Positions 26,188 to 38,600 of a stretch of 64,000 nucleotides of DNA are shown here, one piece after another (within the stretch, counting starts at the first letter, position 1; each line of letters opens with the position of its first letter). The stretch covers positions 8,448,422 through 8,512,421 of the forward strand of contig NC_092678.1 of assembly GCF_964355755.1 (NCBI RefSeq), read 5' to 3'. Source of the DNA: Antedon mediterranea (lineage: Eukaryota > Animalia > Echinodermata). The notes beneath the pieces are model-generated. The model was given only the letters and a program-made list of their open reading frames with translations, did no database searches and was not told the origin of the DNA. A program made the translations under genes and the position numbers.

Positions 26188-26693
26188 ATATATATAATAT
26201 ATATAATATAATATATATATAATATATATAGTATAAGTAAAACCAACATGTTGACAAGAATGTTAATTTAATTTTTGTTTAAATTGATTTATAATAAAAT
26301 TGCTTTTATGTCACACACTTTCCTGTTTTTGACACATGTCTAATCTTGGAAAAAAAACTAATGGATTATCTAATGTAGTTGCCAACATTCATTAATTGAA
26401 CATCATTTTCTACTGCATCCTTAGAATACTTCTCAATTTGAAAGATGCACTAGAATATTTTACAAAACACATTAAACCATAGAAATCATCTATAACAAAT
26501 TATTGGTATCTATTTTCTGTTTCTCTATCTAGTATAGAGCCTAGTAGTATTTATCAGAAATACTTTTTTTTTTAACAACATTGCTGTTTAGTAAGACAGA
26601 GGGCTATTAGAGAAATGTATGTGCTGGAAGACTAGTGGCAGAAATACAATTACAGATGTTTCTATCCAATTAGTTTGGAGGCATTGTTACAAC

Positions 26694-28860
26694 CAAAGAT
26701 CGTATAGCGCCAAGATATGGAACTGACGCTCGAAAAATGATAATTGCATGGGCAGCCATTCCGGCAAGCGGATTACCCAGTAGGCAATGCGGCACGCCAC
26801 CAAATCAATGTAAACAAATAGGATTTACATCTACGCGATAAACAGTACGACTTTATTTTATCTTTCGCGTCAAAATGAAAGAACAGCTATATAAATTTCG
26901 ATTATATAAATTTACTCCATTTTATATTACACTTGCATATGCGTATATCACTGTCCAACCTCAAACGGCTACAGAATAAACACTGACTGTATGGAGGACG
27001 AATTTTGTAGGCAGTAGGTTGAGGCATAGTTATAAATAGTGTCGCTGGGTGCAGCGCGATGCTACGCACTTCACGCCCAAGGTCGGCCGCGTTTGGCCTA
27101 GGCTGGGATGATGGCACAGTTTATGTGCGAGAGAAGCATTTTTTGGAGATGAATTGTAATAATTGCCAAATATATTGTCCAAAACTGTCTTTTTAATTTT
27201 TTTTTTTTTTTAAATTAATGGGGCAGGGGGATGTTCTTTCCCCTGTTCGGACCCTCTCTTTCTATTTTGTGTGCTTCAGGCCTACAAAGTTATTTCATTG
27301 CAAGGGGAATTTTACTCCGATCTGCCACAACTGTAGTATACTGTACATACATTACTAGATACAAAAACAATTGTTACATTTTTTTTATTTCAAAAAAGTA
27401 AAAGTATTAAATATTAATTTTAAAAATTCAATCATAAATCATAATTTGTTCTTTTCAACCCACTTTTTATTAGCTCAACTTTCAATATTACAGACAGGAT
27501 TAAAATGCAATAAAAATACTGAAAAATCTAACTTATATAAGTTGTTTATACAGTATTAATAAATGATATGGAATAATTAAATACACTCAATAAATAAATT
27601 ACGAATGTATGGTTTTAGCCTTCTTAAATACAAGGAAAATTCTATTATTTTGATTTCTTGTATTACAAAAGAAGCCAATAGGCCTAAACAACAGTACTGA
27701 TAATAACTGAATTCTGTTTATTTCCTTTCACTTTAAAGTATGAGGTGTGTGAAAATAGTGATTTTATTTGTAATCCTTTTCAAGAATCAAAAATATAAAC
27801 TATTAAAATATAATTGTCCATCAGTTCTGGCCTTTGTATTTAATTCTTGTTTAAAATACCACTGTGCACTCAATCATCTATCTTCTCAATAGTAATTATA
27901 CAGTATGATGACAGACTTATATCTTTCTGAAATAGGGAAAAATATATCATTAAATTATTTGGTCACTTTTCGAACTGTTACATAATCATTTGATTACTTA
28001 TTATAGTATTTTAAAATAATTTAAATGTGTGAAAACCTAGATTGTTCAGTTGTAAATATAATATCCAGAAATAATGCCAATAACAGGACTAGTAAGTATT
28101 CAAAAATGTTTACATTAATTAACTAAATATTTTTCAAATAAAGATGAAGAACAAAATAAATATGAGGATCAAATTTATAATTTAAATTTATTAAATAAAA
28201 AAAACAAACAATAACATCCTCAGTGTTTTGGTTTTTAGGAGACCTACCTAAGCTATGATTTTATTGTTTTATAACGATTTTTTATTTCATTACATTTAAT
28301 TATTTCTGTTAATGTTATTATTAATAAAACGCCATATTGTCTTGTACATTTTTATTAAAAACTCCTAATTCCCGAACAGCTTCAGTTTTTTTCTTAATCT
28401 TCCATCCATCCAAGCCTTGTTTGATCCATCTATCAAGCCGCCAATCAATATCATTCATCCTCCCAGACTTTTTTTTTATTAGTAACTAAACTAGGCCTAG
28501 TATTCGGCATTAAATATGCCTAGGCATACTACTATCTAGGCCCTAGATCGGATTGCGCAGAAACGCCTGCCTGAACTAAATTTATCCAACAATTTAATAA
28601 TTTTGTTAATGTTTACTAACAAAAAAATATATATTCTAAAATCTTTCCACTACATACCCATACAACACGAGAAAACTTCTCGAACAAACAATAACACGTC
28701 ACACGTGGATGTGGTTCAATAGTTTATTATACACTTCCGGGGTATGTGATCGCGTAACTTGCTTGCCGGAATGGCTGCCCATGGAATTTCACTCATGCGC
28801 AGTGTATAAGAGATAGGACTTCCCTATCTTGCGCCACTTCGTGGCGCTATAGTATCTTTG
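26694..28860. mobile_element. Non-autonomous P-element-like transposon, 2167 bp
   Basis: TIR CAAAGAT..TATAGCGCCA at both ends; perfect 8-bp TSD GTTACAAC; subterminal inverted repeat CATGGGCAGCCATTCCGGCAAGC. Confidence 0.8.
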
Positions 28861-28948
28861 GTTACAACCGCTAATGTGGAAAACGCCAGCTAATGTCGAA
28901 ACAATTACTGTTAATGAAATAAAAATCAACTCCAGCTAATGTTATATA

Positions 28949-29371
28949 CAGTATTTTACAAAAATGTCTAAATCATTTGGAAATGCATCGATTTTTTACT
29001 TAGCTATCAGTCTTTCCACCTCATAAGCAAAACGACCACACGTCGTAAGCAACCTGTTAAGGGACCGCTTCCGACCGAAGGGAGCGAGATAAAGGTTGTG
29101 GTCCCTAAAAAGAAGTGGTCACTTACGAAAGGTGTGGTCGTTAAGAGAGGTGGTTGCTTACGAGAAGTGGTCGATTATGAGAAGCGGTCCTTTATGAGAG
29201 GAGGTGCCGTTACGAGAGGTGGTCGATTATGAGATGGACCCTTAAACATAGATGGTTGCTTTGATGTGTAGTTGTTTTAGAAAGTTGGTTGTTTGCGAGA
29301 GGTGGAAAGAATGATAGCTAAGTAAAGATCGATGCATTTGCACATGATTTAGACATTTTTGTAAAATACTG
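28949..29371. mobile_element. Tc1/mariner-pogo type MITE
   Basis: ~80-bp TIRs starting CAGTATTTTACAAAAATGTCTAAATCAT; TA TSD; internal ~18-bp GAGAGGTGGTCG repeats. Confidence 0.8.
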
Positions 29372-30089
29372 TATATAAAATTGTTTACATTAGCTGGCGA
29401 TAACTACATAAGCTGGGAGGCAATTTTTGTTACTACATAAGCTGTTGATGTTTTGACATTAGCTGGAGGTTTTACTACAGTAGCGGTTGTAACAGGCATG
29501 TAGTAGAATAGGTGATGCATGAAAGTCCTTTTGCAAACAAAGCAATACCCTGCTAACTCAGAAGAGTTGGAATTAATATTGCCTGCCATAAATGTAGTAC
29601 TATTAAGCATGTTTTCCACATGCATCGAACATTGATACGTTCTGATTGGTTGCACGATGTGCATTAGTCAATACTTTTGATGTTGAGGTTGGTATAGTTT
29701 TAGAAATCTGTCAATCAATTCAGGAAGCTTGCATATTTCTGTTCACTTATAATTTGTGAACCATTTGATTTGTCCATTTTTGCTTGAATTTAACTTGTTA
29801 ATTTTATAGACCCCTTTTCCTGTCAATCATTAACATTTTCTCCATTACTGTTTTGTTATCACAGTTTTATTCCTGTTGTTAGATTGCCTTGCTACTGGAG
29901 CAAAAAAAAAATTTTACCGCAACCGGCAAATTAACAAGAAAACATGTATAAATATATTATCAAAGGTCAATTGAGGTCAAATTTGATATGCACTCCTATC
30001 TTTAGGTCTATCTTATTACTGTTATAAAATTTAAAAAATATTTTTATGTCATATTAAAGATAATTTTTTTTTCCTTAAACTGATACTAA

Positions 30090-31100
30090 ATTTTAGTGGG
30101 TTTGATATCATTTTGGTATAAATTTAGAGAAAAAACTGTAATTTTGATTGTTTTTTAGCTCAAAAAGTGCATGTATTCAAAATATTTGTCAAAAATAATA
30201 AAACAAATCCTGTCAACTCAATGAAATTTATTTTCAAAAACTGCCCTGACATGTAATTTTTAAAAAAAATTTAAAAAAATAAAAAAAATTAATTATGCAA
30301 AACATTCTAGATATTTGAGGTCATTTTAAGATGAAATTGGGATATTGGCAACCTATGGCAATAAGACGGCAATTTTCATAGAATTTGAGATAAAAGACAC
30401 TAATTATTATTGGTCGTATTGAAGATGATTACTTTATTGTTTAATTTATACAAAATATGGATGGGTTTCATACTATTTGGTTAAAATTTAGGGGAAAAAA
30501 CTGTAGTTTTTATTGTTTTTAGCTCAAAAATGCATGTATTCAAAATATTTGTCAAAATAAATGTAAAAAATTCTGTCAACTCAATGCAATTTATTTTCAA
30601 AAACTGCCCTGACATGTCATTTAAAAAAAAAAATTTTTTAATTAATTATGCAAAACATTCTAGATAATTGAGGTCATTTGAGGTCATTTTAAGATGAAAT
30701 TGGGATATTGGCAACCAGTTATGGCAATAAGACGGCAATTTTCATAGAATTTGAGATAAAAGACACTAATTATTTTTGGTCGTATTGAAGATGATTACTT
30801 TGTTTTTTAATTTATACAAAATTTGGATGGGTTTCATACTATTTTGGTTAAAATTTAGGGGAAAAAAACTTTAGTTTTTATTGTTTTTAGCTCAAAAATT
30901 GCATGTATTAAAAATATTTTTCAAAATAAATGTAAAAAAATCATGTCAACTCAATGCAATGTCATTTAAAAAAAAATTTAAAAAAAATTAATTATGCAAA
31001 ACATTCTAGATAATTGAGTTCATTTTAAGATTAAATTAGGATATTGCCAACCTATTGTAATATGAATTGCCATAGTAGTAATTGATAAAAAAACACAAAT
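30090..31100. repeat. ~365-bp tandem repeat, about 2.7 copies
   Basis: AGCTCAAAA..TGCATGTATT recurs at 30157, 30521 and 30889 with collinear flanks. Confidence 0.85.
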
Positions 31101-31299
31101 TATTTTCATGTCATAAAATGAATTTAGTTTGTCTTTTGTGAGAATCACTCACCTTAATTTCTATTTCAAATAAATACATTTCTTGTAATCAAAGTTTTTT
31201 GTTTCTCTTAATAATGTTTTTGTATATAATTTAAACATATTTCTTTAGTAAATTTCTATATATATATATATATATGACGTTATCCAAATTCCTTCACTT

Positions 31300-31336
31300 G
31301 CACTGATGAAGGGCTAGTGTTGCCCGAAAGCTCTGC
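31300..31336 (+). ncRNA. Minimal type I hammerhead ribozyme (Penelope-like element type) in a ~185-bp unit (31276-31460) between (TA)n tracts
   Basis: GCA-CTGATGA-A-GGGC(TAGTGTT)GCCC-GAAA-GC-TC-TGC: intact core, stem II, palindromic stem III (AGCT), 3-bp stem I. The unit's 3' part recurs degenerately at ~52320-52380. Confidence 0.75.
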
Positions 31337-31512
31337 TAACTTTTCTGCCTGTTTTACTTCTCGCTTTGATTTAGCTTTTCGCTTTTATTTTGTATCTCCA
31401 TTGAGATCCAGCCACTGATACCCACAGCATTGTCATTTTTTCAGTAATTTGCCTTTGGATTTATATATATATATATATATATATCGAATCGAGTTCGAAC
31501 AATACCATGAAA

Positions 31513-31584
31513 GCCCCAGTGGTCTAATGGTTAGGACATCTGCATATCAAGCAGGCGGTCCGAGTTCGAGTCTCGGTTGGGGCG
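31513..31584 (+). tRNA. tRNA-like cloverleaf with anticodon ATC (Asp), embedded in a repeat
   Basis: Acceptor GCCCCAG/TTGGGGC, D stem GTCT/GGAC, anticodon arm TCTGC-ATATCAA-GCAGG, T arm CCGAG-TTCGAGT-CTCGG, then TTTTT. Flanks are shared with the copy at ~49900-50090, so it is probably repeat-borne rather than a housekeeping tRNA. Confidence 0.7.
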
Positions 31585-32113
31585 ACTTTTTCTCATTCTC
31601 ACAGATTTCCTCATCTTTATCGTTTCAAATTAATTGATTAAATTTCAGTATATCACCGGGCGGTTTAGAATTAATGTTCTTTGCCTGATTTGTTTATATA
31701 TATATATATATATATATATAAAAACAAATCAGGCAAAGAACATTAATTCTAAACTGTATACTATATTTTCCTATTTGTAAATACATGTAGTCCTCAATAA
31801 GTTAAATTAGTCAGTTGTGTTGTCTTTAGTAACTCTCATCTTTATATTTTCCTATTTGTTATACATATGTAGTCCTCAATAAGTTATGGTAATAGGGGAA
31901 ATAAACATGCTTTTAATTAACCTTGAATATATCTGTTTTGTCTTTAGTTTTAAAATCATCCGGATTTAATTTAACACTGTTTTGATTATAATTTTCTTAT
32001 TTCCATTGCAACGCATATCACAAAATCAGCAGCCATGTTCTGTTCTAAAGATGTCCCCCGTGTTAACTTTACTGCTGTTTTGCTCTTAGGTCTGAAAGAC
32101 ATTTACGAAGCTA

Positions 32114-32460
32114 TTATTCTTCGATAGCTTCACCTTCACTATCAGAATCAGCATTCGTTGCTGAATATGTCAGAGGATTCAGAATCTTCAGAACAGTCAT
32201 TAAATGAACTTGCCTTACAGGTACAACTTGCAGTACATGGTTGCTGATTTTTAAGACAGGTACAATCTGCATCTCAGGAGTTGACCACGCAGTCACAAAC
32301 TATGTCGTTTAATAGTTCTGGTGCTGCTGGTGACTGACTTGTCATCTTCGGTTGCAATAAAGAGTCATCTGCTATCTCGTATCCAAAATCCAATGTTTGC
32401 AATATTACAATAATCAAATACATAGTAAAGTCATTTACATCTACGTCTTGAGGACTACTC
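32114..32460 (-). mobile_element. Relic of a CXC/tesmin-like Cys cluster typical of invertebrate DNA-transposon ORF C-termini
   Basis: GYEIADDSLLQPKMTSQSPAAPELLNDIVCDC..*DADCTCLKNQQPCTASCTC, with a stop codon. Confidence 0.45.
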
Positions 32461-33759
32461 ATTCATAAGCTAAAGCAAGCAGCAGTTATAGTATCTAAGG
32501 CCGACAGTTTTGCGACTTTGTAAACTCGACAATAATTTATAGATACCAGCTGCTGGACCCAAAAAACATCTGGGAAAAGAGTCTGTGAGGGCTCACGGTT
32601 GAATGATTTTTGGATTCTCGCCCTTTGATTGGTTGACGGGAATTGTGACAGATTGTGGAAGAATGTTCTCACTTGTACCGCCATGCAGTCACATTGTCTC
32701 TAGAGGGTATTGAGTTGCATGCCTATAAGTTGAGGTCACACACACAGCACATTAAAGTTCAAAATTGACCATTCTTAAATTGGCATATTCATAATTAAAG
32801 AACTATCTTTGATTTGTATGTATTTTTGCGATTAAAGGACATATTTTTAATAATTAATCATAAATATATCTGAAGAAAGAACAATGAATAATTTTTTAAA
32901 ATCATGTACAGCATTTTTTGTAAGAAATATTTTTTGTTAATTTTGTTATACCTTTAAAAATATCTCACTGATTGACAGAAGGATTCAATCTCTAGACACA
33001 GTGGTCATTCACTGAATATTCTCCTTGTATATTTTGATGATATCATAGTTATTGTGTTATGGTCAGTCAAGGCCTTAGGAATTTGTAAAGTCTATATTTA
33101 GATGAATCTTCAGACATCCTTTAGCAAGTTCATGGGGAGGGCAAATTCTATCCTGATTACTGTATGTTGAAATTCAAGAAAAAGAAGATTAACAGGAAAA
33201 GTTTATAAAGCAACTGAGGCCTCACTGGCATGAAATCATGGGTTTGCTAGTGCACTACATGGGAGTGTCATTGTCATAAATTTGAGTGCCATTTATCATG
33301 AATTTTATGTGCGAGAGTACCATTTCCTTGTTGCTTAAACGCTCTACTCTTTTTGGTCCAAAATTAATTAAGATGACTTCATTTCACCAGCATTTTTATG
33401 CTTGCAATTGTGCCACAATATAATGATTTATTCTATATAACTTCCTGCAAACAATGTACTTTAGCAATCACAATACTAAGCCCACCGGTCTATACACTGC
33501 CATCATCTCAACTAATTTCACTAGCTAATAAAAGTTCCAAATGTATGCCAGAGAAGCATACCATCAAGGATGATTACATCACTGCAGTTACACTTTAATT
33601 TTTCCGACCGCTGCCTGCTCAGTAGTTCTCTGAACAGAGACTATGTTTAGGTTTGATCATCGCCAATAATTGCGGTGGATTGCTGAGTCTGATAATATTG
33701 ACAACCTCGGGTTTGGGCTGAAGTGAGTGCGAGTACCTTTTTCTATTGTTTGAATTAAT

Positions 33760-35131
33760 AAACTAGAAAGCCACTCCTAGAATGCATACCTCCGCCTACT
33801 GTAAAATTCTCCTGCATAAGATTTCTCCGGGAAGAAATATATATATATATATTTGTGTGTGTCTTAATTCTGTTTCTGATTTAGTCTAATTTCACTACAA
33901 GCATGTGTATGCGAGTTTGGTGTAATGGTTATGTAACAAGCCTTTCAATAACAATAGCTTCAGTTGACAATACAATAGAACAGCAACGCAAAAATCAAAC
34001 AAGTGAATTTGAAAAGAAATAGGGTTTTTAAACTACTCGCATCAAAAAACCTGCATATTAAATCAAATTATGTTTTAAAATTAAAAATCACAAATTATAA
34101 CTCTTGGCTCTGATACAAAAATTAAGTAGTTGTCGAGAAAATGCAATTTCAGTACACTTGTTACTTTAAGACTGCTCGCCGGCTTTTGAAAATTGTCTCC
34201 TATCTTTTAACACTAGCCGGTCTGAAAATAATATCATTTTTGTTATTTGTGAAGTTATTAATAAACCAATTTTGTTGATTTTCAATAGGCATGGTCTGTA
34301 AGTAAATACCTATCTACACCCAAAAATTCAGAAAGATAACTTGAAAACTGTAGGCGCTATCGTGCTAACAAACAAACAAACAAACATACAAACAAACTAG
34401 CCTTCGCGCATAGCGCGATACTTGGCCAAATCAAAATTGGCCTCCTGACGTTGACCCAATTTTCACCAAAAGTGTGTGTCTTATGCTGTGTGATTTAGGC
34501 TAATTTCACGACAATCATGTGTATACGAGTTTGGTGTACAGGTTATGTAACCAGCCTTTCAACGAACAATAGCTTCAGTCGGCTAAAAATAGAACAGCAA
34601 CGCGAAAAACACATGGGTGAATTTGAAAAGAAATAGATTTTGTAAACTACTCGCATCAAAAAACCTCTACATTAAATCTAATTAAGTATTAAAATTACAA
34701 ATCACAAATTATAACTCTTGCCTCTTGTACAAAAATGAAGTTTTTTGGACTAGTAGTTCTCGAGAAAATGTAATTTAAGTTTACTTGTTAATTTAAGACT
34801 GCTCACCGGCTTTTGATAATTCTGTCCTATCTTTTAACACTAGCAGGTCTGAAAATAATTTTTAAAAGTGGCCCAGAATTGGAACCGTGGTCCAGATTTT
34901 AACCAAAATTGGGCGGTGTCGTCCTTGCACCAGGTGACATGTATGGTATTAATTTGGAGTCATTCGAATCAAAACTGTGAGCGCTAGAGTGATGACAAAC
35001 AAACAAACAAACAAACAGATCAACATACTTGGCCAATTTTCAATTTGGCCAAGTAACAAACAAAGTAAATTCTTTTTGCCAAGAAACAAACACACGCGAT
35101 CGATTACATATACCTCCTTGGCGGAGGTAAA
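33760..35131 (+). mobile_element. Helentron/HINE-like non-autonomous element with ~620-bp internal duplication and (AAAC)n tracts
   Basis: 5' AACTAGA..TACCTCCGCC, 3' hairpin TACCTCCTTGGCGGAGGTA; ~33855-34230 repeated at ~34475-34860; (AAAC)n at ~34368 and ~34997. Confidence 0.7.
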
Positions 35132-36183
35132 TAATAAATAAATGTGAATAAGTTTTTCGACTGATTCATTGATTATGACTTGCAGAATGAAGTGATGATT
35201 GATGTTTATAGAAACAGAAAGCACTTTGTTCTGCGCGACAATAAACCAGTATTGAGTAGTTATGACGTCCTTTCTGATTATTTATTTTGTTTCTCAAGCG
35301 GATTTGTCCTGTCATTTCATTACACATGTCTCATTGAAGGCAATGCATGATACTTTTGTTGAACTTTGACTCTTAGATCAAACATAACGTAATCATATTT
35401 ATAATCATGTGAAACAGATTGGTCTTTTCATGATCTAGAGCACCTTCTAATTTACTGGAGTTGTTTGTCTTGTGAATAGGATTGCCTCCTTTGAGGATAG
35501 TTAATGAATTTTCTTATGGTTATCCTATTAGCAAAACATGTTTTGGCAATTCTTGGTCAGATCTTCACATAACACACATTCAGGACGCAGAGAGGTCAAA
35601 GTATTTCTTCGGCTCACGTTGGTCTGTCCATAACTACTACATGTTATTCTTATAGGTGTCCATCTAAGATGAGTTGCTTCAATTTAAAAAACTTCAAAAG
35701 AAAAATGTTGCAGATAGCTTGCTCAATATGATTTCAAATAGGAAAAAAAATCCAAATAAAATTAACAGATTGAAAACAAGATTTTTCATACAAGAGGAAT
35801 ACTGGGATTATTGATGGTACTGAGAGAATAAATATGTTTAGCTTAAATTAGAAAATTGTATTAATATGGATTAAGCAAGATTGGTCGATATCATTAAGGT
35901 CCAGAAAATATAAGGGACTCTCAAAATTTCTAAATTATTTTACTGCAGTTATTGCAATACTTGCAGTAGAACAATATAAAACAAAAATCATTTACAATAA
36001 AGCATCAATCATAACATTCTAATTCCCTTAATTTGTAATCGTTGCTTTAAACCCATTATTCTTCGTGTTTCATGATAATAATTGTACATAATTTGTCTTT
36101 TTTAACACATTTCTTAGACGTTTTACTGTAACTTTCCTCAATTTATAAATTTATGTTTTCACATTTAAAAGGTCAGTCTCATA

Positions 36184-38326
36184 CAGTGGGACAGCCAGTC
36201 GACAAATCGTGTCAAATTTCGACTCGGAGAGGGCGCCCTACTTTTCTAATTTAGTTCAAAATTGCTAAATTTTAGGGTGTTGGAAAAACACAATATTTGT
36301 AAATTTAGCTGATTATCGGAAAAATATTGTTAGTGAAATAAATTCATAAATGGTTTTAATATATCGTCATGTAAAATTAAATGTATTTGAACAAAACGAT
36401 AATCTGTAATTTAACGGCAAAATCAACCAATGTCTTTTTTCCGAAATTGTACCCTAGAAAATCGTTAAAATAAAATATTTAGAAAAATTGAACAGTCCTG
36501 AATTTAAAATCCCTGTTAGAAAAATTAATAATCTACAGAATACGATATTAAGATACAAAATTCGGTGGTTGGGATGCAGCTCCGACTATTCAAACTAAAG
36601 GTACCACTATTTGTTCCATCGAAAACTAGCGAAACCGCCATTTTGTAAACACATCGTCATCGTGTTTATGAATTTATTTATAGCGAACGATATACGCGAG
36701 GTTTATAATTGTCCGCGTATAAGAATTCATATAAATAAAAACATTCCAATACAACGTATATTATTACTTGTTTATTTATCACAGTATACATTTTAGTTGA
36801 GGAATATTTATCATAACTATTATAATAGCTTTTATACGAGTCCGAGGCCTAGCCCTATTAGCGAGCGATTGTTCCAGGGGCGGAAAGTCACTTAGTGACG
36901 TTGTGATCGGGCGCGTCGGGCCTAGCTAATATTAATAATATGACCTGAAATAACCGGCTAACAAGAACTGTTATATACTTGCTTACAATTGTTTTGTTAT
37001 TGATGAACAAACAAGCAATTAGATTGAATAACAAATTATTTATTCTTTTTTTTTTGGGTAAAAACATGTACAAACTAGTACTCTATAATATAAATTAATA
37101 GTAATATTAAACTAATACAGTATTAATAAAATATAAAATAGGCCTAACATACAATAAATATTCAATTTTTAAGGTCTACCACATGACAATAACCATGGAG
37201 TAAAGTTACTCCATGCAATAACATAATTTACAGAGTATAGTGTAGTAGGTTTGCATTCAACATAAATATTTGTATTGTAATTCATCTAAATCCTCTGCAA
37301 CATACAAGTAATTCAACATTTTGTTTTAAATAATTAAACTATAGTTTGGGTATGACAATGTCGGTAGGTACCGGTGTCATCTTTTTATCCACTTCACTCT
37401 CAGTTTAAAGTCACAAAGACAAAGAACTCTGCATCATCAACGATTCCTGAAAGTGTCAGAAAAAATAATAAATAATTATTATTAAAAAAAAATGTTAATG
37501 TCAAATGGAAGCTGTATTTTATTAATTAATATTACAGTATTTGCTATTATTATTTATAATAATCTAGGCCTACTAGTAGCCTAGCTAGGCATCTATTGAG
37601 CCTAATAAATCAAATAATAAATGAAAAATAAAATAATAATATTAATACTGATTGAAAAAAAAGTATTTTTTGGGGGGGTCAGATCACCAGGCTAGGCCGG
37701 CCAGGACCAATGATACTCGTAATCAGTACAACTTAACGACTATCGGATCAGCATCAACACAGTACAACGTGCACGTCTCGCTATCGCCTATACTGACACA
37801 CGTGTCTCGCGTTGCCGAAACCACGCTCACAGCTAGAAAATGTACCTACCTTTCGAGGCCTGAGAATACACCAACAAATTTTGAACAGGATAGAAATATA
37901 TCATACTCGATTAAACTAATATTATTCTTGATAAAACAATTGATTATAATTGTTTTAATTTGTTGGGATGCACCTCCGACTATTCAGAAAATGGACAACA
38001 AAACAGTAGTCAAATCGTACCACATTTATAAATTTCACGAGTCCCGACTTCAGTCGCCGAATGTATTGTATTAGCTTCGGTTTCTTTGAAGGAAACCGAT
38101 TGGATATTCAATTATACTTATTAGGAAATGCTTTTACCATAATAGGTAATGTTGGGCGGTTCTTAAATATTCATGAGAGCTTAAAATAAAACAGCACTTA
38201 TTTGCTAGGCGACGAAAAATCGTGGTTTCAGTTTTCAACGATAGGTGGCGCTTCAAAATCGTCAATGCGGAAGTAAGTCGATTTTACACGATTTAACGGT
38301 CAAAACGCGAAGTGGCTTTCCCACTG
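36184..38326. mobile_element. 2.1-kb non-autonomous TIR transposon, superfamily uncertain
   Basis: Termini CAGTGGGACAGCCAGTCG / CGAAGTGGCTTTCCCACTG flanked by CATA on both sides; subterminal AAATCGTGT inverted match; internal direct repeat TTGGGATGCA.CTCCGACTATTCA (~36570, ~37963). Confidence 0.7.
37194..37215. mobile_element. 22-bp palindrome with 7-bp TSD, likely P-element excision footprint
   Basis: CAATAAC-CATGGAGTAA-AG-TTACTCCATG-CAATAAC. Confidence 0.7.
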
Positions 38327-38600
38327 CATAGGAAATAACCGGAATGTAGGGTTGTTAGTTCAGGCAATAATATATAATATTGTGACGCCCTTTTTTACGA
38401 CATAGGAAATTATCAATAGGTATACATCCTTATTGTTTTTTTAGATCAACCCATTACCTTAAAGGTATTTATTATATATTAAAACTAAATAGCATATTCT
38501 ACAATTATTTCCTGAATGGTTATATCTTTCTGCTTATATTGAGTGTTCTGTCTTTAAAAAAGCACTTCTTAAAATTCCACTAAATCAACAGTTGACAACA

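Larger units (their letters stand above)
26685..29494. mobile_element. Ginger-like MITE (TGT...ACA) hosting two younger insertions
   Basis: Reconstructed TIR TGTTACAACCGCTA / TAGCGGTTGTAACA, with 5-bp TSD GGCAT at 26680-26684 and 29495-29499. Confidence 0.7.

Noticed and set aside
23480-35600. Shared AGAGGTCAA motif upstream of LRR1 (~23482) and LRR2 (~35591)
   Set aside because: Too short and at very different distances from the starts; not distinguishable from chance.
37652-38074. 140-aa ORF upstream of LRR2
   Set aside because: TTG start, inside a non-autonomous TIR element, no recognisable domain.
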